Shown here: positions 18,738-32,962 of the stretch, in pieces
Layout of the letters: the number at the start of each line of letters is the position of its first letter
How positions within the stretch are numbered: the first letter of the stretch is position 1
Assembly (NCBI RefSeq): GCF_009914755.1
Contig: NC_060933.1
Source: the human T2T-CHM13v2.0 reference genome, Homo sapiens
DNA: 64,000 nucleotides
Reading direction: 5' to 3' (one strand)
Position numbers and translations under genes: made by a program
Notes under the pieces: model-generated
Told to the model about the DNA's origin: nothing
Database searches by the model: none
What the model saw: only the letters and a program-made list of their open reading frames with translations

Positions 18738-19815
18738 TCACTGGAGCTGTTTCCAGTGTAACTTGATGTAGCATTTGGGATAGTCTCATCGTGGAGCACC
18801 ACCACTATCCCAGTTGGCCGATACCTGTTTCTTCTAAGAGGAGAATCAGGTAAGTTTTCCCAAAGCGCCTTAGGGAAATCGTGCCATTCAGAGAGCTGCG
18901 TTGTGCTCATGCATCTGGAAGGTCTTGCTGTTCATGCACTGACTCTTCTAACTCCATATCCTCCATTCCTGGGTGTTTGCCAGCAGGATGGAATGATGGC
19001 TCACTGAAAACTGAAGAAGACATGGAAGACAAAAAGGGAGATGAGAAAGTCCTGCCCATTAATGATAGGAAGATGGGCACAATGCGGTGACCTCACAGGT
19101 CTCCCTGTCTCAGCTCAGCTCTGATGAAGAGGCTCATGTCATACAGTCTCTTCAGATGATCACAGAGAAAAACGTGGTGACAGAGAGGCAGATGTTTTAC
19201 TGTTTCCACTTCTGGAACTTGTTGCAGGGTATGAAGAGGGTCAGCACCAGAGAAGATACAGAATATCATGTCTGCAATGGATGAAGCCATCAAAGGATGG
19301 CTTCACTTCACCACCAGGCAGCACTGACCAACTTATGGCAATAAATCCCGCAGACCAGAATTGCACCCATCAAATGCCTCACTCACCATATGTCAGCCCA
19401 GAAGACTCTTGCAGTGGTGAGCCAGTCTCTTTATCCACCAAGCCTGACCCAGCAGGCAGGAGAGGCCCAGTACCAAGATGATCATCCACAATAACCTGCA
19501 CACCGCATTGAGGATGGAGGCCAGCCCTAACAGCCCGCAGCCCTCAGGAGGGAGAGGCAGTAAAGGGCTCCTTCTCTCTTTGTCCTGATGAATGGGCATT
19601 GCACTAGAAAGATGAACATTAGGAGCAGATTATCAGAGCCTCGGTCCAGCCACCATCTCCTCTATGATGACCCAGATGGGCAAACCTTCTGAAGGCAAAG
19701 GTCCAACCAACATCCTGGGTGGCTGGCATTTTCTGAATTTCTATAGCTCATCACAAAGTGCAGCAGGAATGGGAGTATTTGGTGCACTTTGATTTTGCAG
19801 TTGCCTCTGATGGCC
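18738..19815 (-). pseudogene. GPRC5B (RAIG2, class C orphan GPCR) processed pseudogene, highly diverged
   Basis: Minus-strand peptides are colinear with GPRC5B as recalled. KIKVHQILPFLLHFVMSYRNSENASHPGCWLDL vs KMRAHQVLTFLLLFVITSVASENASTSRGCGLDL; LSCLLGQAWWIKRL vs FSCLLSQAWRVRRL; CNKFQKWK vs CGKFKRWK; PLRRNRYRPTGIVVVLHDETIPNATSSYTG vs PFRSNVYQPTEMAVVLNGGTIPTAPPSHTG. Many stops and frameshifts, no introns. The 3' UTR may extend to the minus-strand AATAAA at ~17576. Confidence 0.85.
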
Positions 19816-20929
19816 AAGAGTCTTAGGGCCAAAGATTTCTCCTAACCCAAGGTCCAGGTCATATTTCTGCAGCACAGCTGTGACCCTCATCCCAACTACA
19901 GCCACTGGCACAATCTCCAGTAATATTTGCAAATGATTATACTCACATCAGGTTATAAAAGCTTGTTGTTTTTAATTTGAGTTATATTTTTAAAATACAA
20001 AATGTCTTGTTTTTTATGTTTGTGTTCATGTGGTACATTTTCCAGGATAAGATGGGCTGTGCGGTAATGGCAAATAAACCCTCCAAATCTCAGTGGCTGG
20101 CCTCCTCTAAGTTTATTTCTTGCTCACGGGGTCTGCCGTGAGACCAGAGTCTCTCCAGAGCAACTCCCCTTCCACCCCTGCCCAGGAAATAGAACATGTG
20201 CGTAACTGAGAGACAAATCATGTAGAAAAACAAGGTGATTTTCCTAGAGAAGGACTGAAGTGCTTTGCTAGTATTAGTCACTATGATAAAAAGTAGAGAA
20301 GAACTATTCTATTTCTTTAACCATCTAAGAGACAGACCATTCACTTGGAGTGAAATATTTAAACTATTTCTTCATCTCTTGAATTAAAAGACCTTAATAA
20401 TATGAATTCATAACTCGAATATAGATAATAAACCCAGCACAGTTTGGCACAACAATTTGTATTTCCTCTTGAAATACCAAGGCTATTTTCTCATGTAAAT
20501 TATATACGTATCTATATACATATTTTCAAGGACTGAAATTAATTTTAACATCTTTAAAACACCAAATAGTATCATATTTCCTGTAAAATGGCTGGTTACC
20601 TCAAAGGCAGCATTTTAACATCCTTAGCTGCTTTAAAAGATTATCAGCAGTCTATAGCAAATATTACATGAGACATTTAAAGAATGGTGCTTCATTTCAT
20701 CATTTAAAAATCTTAGTCAAGAAGAGACAAGAACAATTTCTTAGAATCAAAGCTCCTTCATTGGGAAATCATTCATCTTGGAAAAAGCAGAAATATTTTG
20801 GCTAATAAAAAACATTTTATTACTAAATTAACATTGAAGAAGTTGTAAAAATCTCATTTTGCTTTAATTTGTTAAAGTCAAAGCCTTATATGCACCTTTG
20901 ATTTTTATAAAATTTTAACTCTTTGAAAA

Positions 20930-21210
20930 TAAAATATTAAGCATCAAAAGTAAATAGAAAAAATTAAAAATAAAATGAAAACCAATGAAATGGAACACAG
21001 ACCAATAATAAAATCTGTGCTGCCAAAAGCTGATGCTTTGAAAAGATTATTAAAAACTGCAAAACACCTAGCAAAAGGAAAACATCACCAATATCAAGAA
21101 TATAAAATGGGACATTATTATAGACCCTAGAGATACTACAAGGATTATAATAATATGTATGCTGAACAACTTGAAGGCAAGAAATTTGACAATTTAAATG
21201 AAAAGCATGC
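20930..21210 (+). mobile_element. L1M ORF2 fragment
   Basis: A-rich degenerate L1 ORF2-like sequence (ctttgaaaagatta...gggacattattatagaccc...aaatttgacaattta). Confidence 0.6.
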
Positions 21211-21216
21211 ATTTCA

Positions 21217-21721
<505 letters not shown>

Positions 21722-22454
21722 TCAAATAAACTCTATATAATTTAAATGTGTTTTAATTTTTCTCTTACTGTTAGGAAATTGATATTTTAAGAGAAAACAA
21801 CTAGTCAGTGATTGTTTCCAGGAGAACTCCATTTTGTGGAAGCTCCTCTGAGACCTAAACCCTTTAGGGGAGCTCCTGGGAGAGCCTGAGCTTCTCCTGA
21901 TTCAGGTCCCCTTTGTGTGTTCACTAAGAGTCTGCTCTTTGCCGAGTTTTGTAACAAGGTTGTTGAAAATGGAAGAGTATTTTCAGCCGTGAGCTTACTT
22001 TGCAACATTCAGCTTTCTTTAGAGTTTCAGGAAGTTCGTAATTGTCTTATAATGAACAAGAACTTTCCTATAAGAAGAACTACAAAGCATGCCATTCAGA
22101 AAATAGGTAATAGACATTAATCCCAGGAATACTAAATATTTTAGGAAGTCTCTAGGTTCAGAAAAACCCAGGGGCCCTGTGGACTGAATGCCAACCTCCC
22201 CTCCCTCCCCCCTGCCCCCCCAACCCCCAACCCCTCTCACCTCCACAGTGAGCTCCCTGCTTTCAGGCTCAACCTTCTAAAGTTCTCTTTCCTGGCTGGA
22301 TGAGTCTCCCATGAAGCCCCTTCCATCTCTCCACTGCTCAGAGCTCTCCAGAACTCACATTGTGATTTAAATCCAGGGTTTACTTACTAGTCTTTACTTA
22401 CTAGTCAAAGCCCCACATGCTTGCCCTGAAATCCCTCTAGTTATTTAGTGTTAG

Positions 22455-22806
<352 letters not shown>

Positions 22807-23837
22807 AGAACAATGTCAGGATTTTTTGGCTTATCTTTACTGACCTGGTCTAATCCCCACAGATGAATATTTATTGATTTATTTTTTTCTCTTTTTGGAG
22901 GAAGGAAGCCCTGTTGTCAGCATCCTAAAAGCTAGAAATGAGAAAAGCTGGGAATCTCAATTTTCAGTGTGTGCTTTGTTTTCAATATTGTACCCTTTCC
23001 TCAATTGGTCTCAGTGGTCTCCAGTCCAGAGACTCTCTGTTTTATCCTCTACGGAAAATGAACATTTTGTCCTTTATACAGAAATGGACATGTGGGGCCG
23101 TCTTCAACCACTCCTAAAACACTAAAACAGACATTCAATAAATCCTGTTTCCAGCCCCACTTAATCCTCCAAGTTACATAACTGCAGATTGCAGCGCTCA
23201 CATAGGGAACCCTGTGAGCAGCCTCCTTTGAAGCTGGTCATCCCTCCAGCCTTATTCCCCCACACTCTCAACGGTATTGTAACTAAGGACCTCAGTTTTT
23301 AAAATATACTTCAGTCATCCACTCTCTTTATCTTCCTTCCTGCCGCTCTCACACCTTGATTAAAACCATTTTTTCCTTCCACCCATCCATGTCTCTTGAC
23401 TCTGGCTTTTAGGTGGCAAGCTGCTGGACTTAGGACCAGATACAGTATCGTATGTCATGAGCCTTTGGGGAGCTCTTCAGTTTACAACTTGGTGGCTCAA
23501 AGATTTCCTTTCTACTGCTTTAGACAGCTTTTTGGGGGGATGTGTTTTCCGAAATCAGCTGCTCTTTCCGTATAGAACCATACATTGAGATTACATGAGT
23601 GGCTGTGATGTCTAATGTAACAGAACATTTGATTCTCTTTGTCTATATTGTTTATAGAAAAACATCTCTTCTCATTGATATGTTTCTTTCCCCTTCCATC
23701 TCTGTTACTGTACTAACCATTACCAGATCTTTAACAATAAATTTAGGATTTTAAAATATATTTGTGGCAGGAATTACTGTCTGCCTCTAGAGGTAACATT
23801 TGAGTGAACTGTCTTATTGTCATTGGCAACTTCCTTC

Positions 23838-23920
23838 AGATCATGCCACTGCATTACAGACTGGTCGACAAGAGTAAGACTGTCTCAAGAAAAAAATTAA
23901 AAAGATTAAAAAAAAAAAAG
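23838..23920 (+). mobile_element. Alu 3' end fragment
   Basis: agatcatgccactgca...gactgtctc followed by an A-rich tail. Confidence 0.7.
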
Positions 23921-24479
23921 AAACCTTTCTGAGGTAATAATTGGAGACACTGGCAAAGACATGTGACAGAGTTTTCACTTTCTTTTATTACAAGGTCAAA
24001 GTATAGAAATACCTAAATATTGAACCATGGAGAGATGATTGAATTGTACAATATTCCTATGTATGGCTGATTGATTCAGTTAGAACTTTACTCACATATT
24101 GAACTTCAAAATTTTCACTCCCCCGACCAATGCTTTTTAGCCTTCTATTTTACTTTGCTTCTTAACACTCATCACTGTCTAATATACTATATTTTTCTTG
24201 TTTATGGTCTGCCTTTCCCAGAATAGAATCTTCATGAAGGCAGAGATTTTTGTTTTTATTTCGTTCATTCATCTAGCTCCAGTAATTAGAAAACTATACT
24301 GCACATGGTAACAACTCGCTAAATATATGTTGAATGAGTCATCAATGCTTTTCTCTTAACTTAATGACATGGGAAAATGTCCATAAAGTATACAATAAAA
24401 TATGCAGACTCAGAACATAAAAAATATACACACACTCTCACACACACACACACACGACAAAATCTTGACTTCAGGGTGT

Positions 24480-26230
<1,751 letters not shown>

Positions 26231-26789
26231 TAATAATGTATTATTTTAAGCATTTTAAGTACTTACAAAGCTGATTATGTATATTTAGTCTCTAAATACC
26301 TGCAAGGAATAAGTATAGTGCTTTATTTCTAAGGAGAAATTTCTGTTTTCACCTAGAGAATAGCAAAGTTCCCTATCCTTTCTCTCTTTAAAAAAATCAG
26401 TCTACTGTTTGAATGTGCCCTATTTTCTATGTGCTGGCTGGGTGCAGGCATCTCTATTCCCATTCATTATATCACAAAGGTCAAAGGCTTTATCTCTGAT
26501 ATCTGCAATGCTATCAACACCCCAAACTCTAAATACAGAGAATGGAAAGGAGAATTGTTATGTATTATCTAGTGTCTCTAGGTGTTTCTAATTACAAAAG
26601 TTGGGTGTTGTTGTTAATTATCTTAGCCAGCCACCTGGATGAATTGGGATGTCTCCATGACATAATATTAATCTGAAAAAATACAGTTTGTCGATAGCAT
26701 TTACTCAGTGATTCCAGAAATGTATACTGTGAGCCCACCATGCACATGCTTATGGAAGTCCATAAATCATTCTGTCCACTTGAAGCATC

Positions 26790-27334
26790 ATGGTTCATAC
26801 ATTTGGGAAGAGGGCTCTATTTCTAAAGCAGGTTACCACAACCTGCAGGCAGGACGCAGAAACTCTGAACCTCTGAACTGAGCAGAAAATAAGTGTTTCC
26901 AGGGAGGGAGGAATAAGAAAGGCTAACGTGTATGTAACATGTGTCCCATGTTCACTTTGGGGTGGAGACATAGCATTTAAATGTATTTCAGTTAGGCCTT
27001 GTACATCAAAAGGTGAAGTGGAGGATATGAAGGCGCTTAGTACACAGCCTTTGTAGACCAGCCAGAGCCATGCTGTGGTGGGTGGTCTCTTATTGGGAAG
27101 GAATGCTGGTCAGTTTCTGTGTTAAAGCTGCAAGAGGGAGGACAAGTGTCAGGCAGTTGGTTGAAATCACTGGGCAAGACTTTTGAAAGGGCTGGTTTCT
27201 GCCTTCACCCTTAGGGAAGAAAGCCTAATGGTGGTTAGCCATTCTCTAGAGAAACCTTAAAAACCTCTGGTTCCTTTGACCAAGAGGAAGTCTGTTCAGT
27301 CAAGTGGGGGGTTTAGGATTCTCTTTATTTCTCA
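26790..27334 (-). mobile_element. MER66-like LTR (ERV1)
   Basis: Reverse complement starts tgagaaataaa...aatcctaaaccccccacttgactgaacagac. Confidence 0.65.
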
Positions 27335-28079
27335 ATATATAAGTCCTGCACTCATGGCCTAGCATGATCTAGCAAGGATTCAGTGTGATTCCACTAATGA
27401 CAATTTATTTAGTCCTAAGTCCATGTGTATGGACATGTAAATACATGGAAGACTGCTCAGCAAAATATTGGTTCTGTTTATCTTTGATATCTTGGTGGTA
27501 GTTTCTTGGTGGTAGGTAGTTTCTTCTTCATGTCTTTCCAAATTATTTTTATTTTGAGGGTTGTATATAAAGAGAATATTATAAGCAAACCAAAAAATGC
27601 AAATAGTATATATATAAAATGAAAAATAATTCAAAATATTTAATTGCTCATGATGTCATAAAATGGTAGACTCTCAGTGAGTGCATATATTTCCTTAACA
27701 TGAAGTTATTAACATATGGTCAGCATTTTCATTTCAACTTAATGTAGTTTATAGTTCTCACTATCTAAATTGACATTTACTTTAAAATATAGAAAAAGAC
27801 TTCTCAGATGATAATAATGGTAAGGTTAATTATACATAATGGTCCCATTCTTTTTTTCTGTGAACCAATATGTGAAATCAATGACTATCTTCTCTATGAA
27901 AGTTTTAGGTGGCTTAGACAATGTTCATGCTTTATTAGAGTCTCATCTCGAATGGGCAAGAGCCTGCATTGCTTAGGTTAGTACTGGACGTAGTGAAGTG
28001 ATCCATGCCACATAGATGCATAAATCATTTTGAACAGCTGGGCAGTTTCAGGAGGCCAATTAATCAAGTGGAAACCAGG

Positions 28080-28440
28080 TGTAGAGGCCAATGAAAAGCT
28101 TCCCCTTTGCCCTCTGAAGGTTTGCTGAAAAATCAACTCAAAAAAGGTAAATTAACAGGAGAAATGGCATGCAAGTTTATTAGTGTGCACAAAGAGAATC
28201 ACAGAGTGATTGTCAATACCTTAGTGGGGTTCAGAAGCCTGTATACCATGTTGCAGAAGGGGAATCTCAGAGAAAGCCTGGCTGTTTATTTCACCTATAT
28301 AGATTTTCTGCACAGATGCAAATCTACTCCACGAAAGTCAGCTTTTCTGCACTATTCCTGTCTGCTGGCCTTCTGAATAGCCACCTCAAGATACATCAAA
28401 GAAATATGTTTTGGGGTGAAATTTTTTGGTTTCCTTTAGC
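28080..28440 (-). mobile_element. MER34/MER39-family LTR (ERV1)
   Basis: Reverse complement starts aaggaaaccaaaaaatttcaccccaaaacatatttctttga; homologous to the start of the LTR at 29683. Confidence 0.65.
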
Positions 28441-28539
28441 AAAGGAAAGGTTTGTATACCTTTACTCCTTTTGTATATCAGGCACCCAGCCACTCCCTAT
28501 TGCTTACCTGCACCCCATCCTCATTCCAGAGAGTTATTT

Positions 28540-29225
28540 CCTGCTTATATATGTTTCCTTGAACTGCCATAACAAAGTACCATAGACTAGGTGGCCTCAA
28601 CCACAGAAATTTATTTTCTCATGGTTCAGCAGGCTGGGAAGTCCAAAGTTATGTTGTTTTGGCCAGTTGGTTTCTGGTGAGGGATCTCTTCCTGTCTTGT
28701 AGATGGTCACCTTCTAGCTGTGTTCTCACATGGCCTTCTTTAACTGTATGTATAAGGAGAGAGAAAGAGAGAGAGAGGGAGAGAGAACTTCAACAATCTG
28801 ACCCCTGCTTTGAGCCTCATACTTTGCATATGACTCCCAAATCCATATGCACATTAATAAATGTGTATGCCTTTAAAAAATCTGCCTATAATCAGTTTGT
28901 TTTATAGGCTTCATAAAAAGCCACCAATCCTATCAGATTAGGGCCCCAACCTAATCTGATGGGGTGTAACTTTAATTACCTAATGTCACTTTAATTACTT
29001 CCAAATGTAGTCTAAATGAATTCAGGTCATAGCAATTCAGTCCATAGCTTGGCTTAACCTGGTCCGCAGTCACAGGTGAAGCCGAGCTATGGACTGAATT
29101 GCAGCCCGTCCGAATTCATATGTTAAATCCCTAACCTACAATTTGACTGTATCTCCAGTGTAGCCAAATTGGAGGTTAGGGATTTAACCTATGAATTGGG
29201 ACGGGCTGCAATTCAATCCATAGCT
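28540..29225 (-). mobile_element. MLT1A/B MaLR LTR, internally rearranged
   Basis: ctgccataacaaagtaccatagact...agaaatttattttctca and terminal caattcaatccatagc; contains a foreign insert and a fold-back duplication. Confidence 0.75.
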
Positions 29226-29251
29226 CGGCTTCACCTGTGACTGCAGGCCAG
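29059..29251. repeat. Long inverted repeat: 93-bp arms, 7-bp spacer
   Basis: 29059-29151 equals the reverse complement of 29159-29251 with 9 differences by manual alignment. Confidence 0.95.
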
Positions 29252-29682
29252 CTCTGACCCAGGTAAACAGATAGACTTCTCTGTAATTCAGTAGGATAAA
29301 ACACCTTCTCCAATAAAGTCTTAACTACAGCTTTGGGGAAGGGCTTCTCTTTCCAAGTTCGTTCTTCCTTGAGTAATCAGCTCTAGATTAATTTATAGAG
29401 TTCACTCATATCCTATAGTTAATCTTTTATCATGGCATAATTCTTTATATTAAATTTCTGTTGAAATCACTCTATGGCTTTTATCTTCTGATTTGACCTA
29501 CACTGCTACAAGAACAGACAAGCTGAGAAGCATGAGCTTGAAATATAACTGCCCCTGGTGTTAATAATTACATTTTTGTGGAATGTATCTGTTATAGGAC
29601 TAGGTATTCATTTTAATTATACTTGTACTTTAGTTTTATTTAATTATACTTGTATTATGATTCTGCCATGTAAAATGTATGC

Positions 29683-30270
29683 CTGTGAAGAAAATCAAAA
29701 TATTTCACCCCCAAATATCCTTCTTTGACATCTTTTGAGATGGCTGTTCAGAGGGTCTGCAAATAGAAGTAGCCCTGAAAAGCTGTCTTTCCTCAGGAGG
29801 GAGGTTTGCATCCATAGAGAATCTGCCTTGATACAGCCAGGTTTCTCTGGGGCCCTTCCTCATCTGAGTCTAGTCTGACACCTTTAAACTTCTCAAAGAA
29901 ACATTTACCATCTATTTTCTGAGAGGGCTGCTACCTGTGAGGTTTCAGCTACATAACAAGACCAGCTTTGCTGCCAGGCCTCCTCTTCTCTCCCTCCCAT
30001 AACGTGTCCCACCACCATAACTTGATTTACCACCATAACCTGGTTTTGGCCGTGCTCTGAGCTGCCATTCTTTCTGTAGCCTCGAAATGGCATACAAACT
30101 TCAACCATCTGACCCTCGCTTTGAGTTTAATACTTTGTATGTGATACCCAAGCCCATATGCATGTTAATAAATTTGTATGCCTTTTCTTCTGTTAATCTG
30201 CCTATTTTCAGTTTGTTTTATAGGCTTACATTATCAAAACTTCAGGGGGAAAATGTAAACTTCCCTGCAA
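29683..30270 (+). mobile_element. MER34-family solo LTR (ERV1)
   Basis: gaagaaaatcaaaatatttcacccccaaata... start, AATAAA at ~30167 and CA end. Confidence 0.7.
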
Positions 30271-31128
30271 TGCCAGTGCAGCACAAAGCTTAGAGCATAT
30301 GGTAACCCTGACAGGAGGGCCGCTGCATCGGGGGGACCTCACAAGACAAGTCTGGAAGGTAGGGACAAGCAGGCAGAGGGAATCAGGGTGGCAGTGTGGG
30401 CAAGAGACCTGGACCACATAGCGTCTCTCTCAAGAGGGCTGCATGAAGGTGGTCACTAGGACAGGCTAGGACTGAGGGGTGGTGTATTTTGAACATGTCG
30501 CTGGGGCAGAATGACGCCAGATGTTCTCATACCCACACTGCTGGCCCGCCATGCAGCAGCTGGAAAGAGCAGAACAGCCTTCTTTCTGCTTACTGGTATC
30601 CTTACTGGTAAGCAGAAATGCTTAAAGATGCCTGTCCATTAGTACAGAACATATATTGAAGACTGCATTTGGAGATCAGAGGCAATAAACTGAAAACTAG
30701 CATGATTCTCTTAGTCACATTTTACATAATAGATTCTAATAATTTAAGACTTTTTTTGTATGTGATTTATTGTAGCCCATGTGTTACAAAGGATCTGAGA
30801 ATTAGACACTTTAATTGTAATATATTACTAACTTTAATATGGAATGTTGTTACCCCATTTATGGGAGTGAAATATGCTTAAAGAAACATTACAATGTGTC
30901 TAAAGTAACTTCTTAAACTTGCAAAAATCAGAGTGGATATGCCACATAATTGCACTCTAGTGTGAAAATCCAGAGATACAAAGCAGGTCAGACACCACCT
31001 GGGATAAGCTTTCACCTATCCTCCTTTTATGATCAGAAATTATTTTGCAAATTTTGCATTTCTACAAAATTATCTTAGGTTATTATCTAAATTCACCATT
31101 TAAGATTCACCATTAAAAAAAATTTCTG

Positions 31129-31506
<378 letters not shown>

Positions 31507-32025
31507 TTAAAAATTCTGATACCTTCTAAGGGAGGAGGATGTACTATTTGTTCTTTAAATTCTCACGGTATTTCCACATTAGAGTCCCCAAATACAAGAG
31601 CTCTAATGAGAAAGTGACTGCTCAGAAATTTGGGCAGACGTTTTATCGTTATGCCTTCATTTCTTTCATTGCTTAATAAACTCTAATGGATAATAGTGAA
31701 CACATTTCTATGTAGTTTCTGATCAAACGATTCTGTGAAAATTTAGTCAAGGAATCAAGAGAAAGTACAGTCATTTCTCCAAAGGAGCATTTCAACAGAC
31801 ATTTCATCAAAAACAAAATTTAAAATGGCAACCTGTGTGAAACACTTTGGCAGAATAATAATAATAAATAATTTGGATGCGAGCTGAATACATGAATTAT
31901 TTTACTGGGGTGGAGGATATGGGCATTGCATGCTTATTACGTTTTTGGTTTGTATTGCCCTACATGTTCTTTAATGTCCTAGTGTTTTGACAAAGACAGG
32001 CATAAAATGAGCACTAATATTTTAG

Positions 32026-32332
<307 letters not shown>

Positions 32333-32659
32333 TAGTTTCTGTTTTCTTAAGGAAATAGACCAGTCCTTTGCAAACACATGTTTTATTTCCTAGTAAACTC
32401 ATCTATTGCTACAACTGTGCAATTTAAGGGACAAATCATTCTTCCTTAATCTCCGTTGATGGCAATTCCATCTGGTGCCCAAGCTAATGACTTTGGGATC
32501 ACCACTCTTCTTCTCTCACACTCTACATCCAGTCTGGAAAGAAATCTTATTGGTTCTATCACACTTACAAAACCTATCAAAAACCCTACCACTGATTAAG
32601 AACTCCATCGTCACCACCCTGATCAAAGCCATATTTTTCTCTTTCCTGGACCAATTTAA

Positions 32660-32962
32660 CGGCCTCTGGAGGAGGACTGGCCCCTAGATGGCCTCAGCGG
32701 ACCCAGCTTTCTTCTCCCCTTCCCCATTTCCTGGCTTGCAGTTTTAGAATAACTGTAGAATGTGCTAAGAATGCAGTATCTTGATATATAGAGGAACTTT
32801 CCAGAAAAGCCTGGGCTTTGTCCTCATTCCTTGTAGAACGGGATGTCCTATAATGCTTTTGCTCAGTGACCCACCCACGGGATGCCCTCGAGCTAAAACC
32901 CAGAGCGGTGTGCTTTCAGAGTCCTTCAGCTGTAGTGCAAAGTGGAGCATGTGTAGATGAGT
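32660..32962 (+). mobile_element. LTR47-like ERVL LTR fragment
   Basis: agaataactgtagaatgtgct...aatgca motif and cttcagctgtagtgcaaagtgg. Confidence 0.6.

Noticed and set aside
29059-29251. Known miRNA gene or MITE
   Set aside because: No mature miRNA recognised. The arms derive from an MLT1 end plus flank, with no transposon terminal repeats or TSD.
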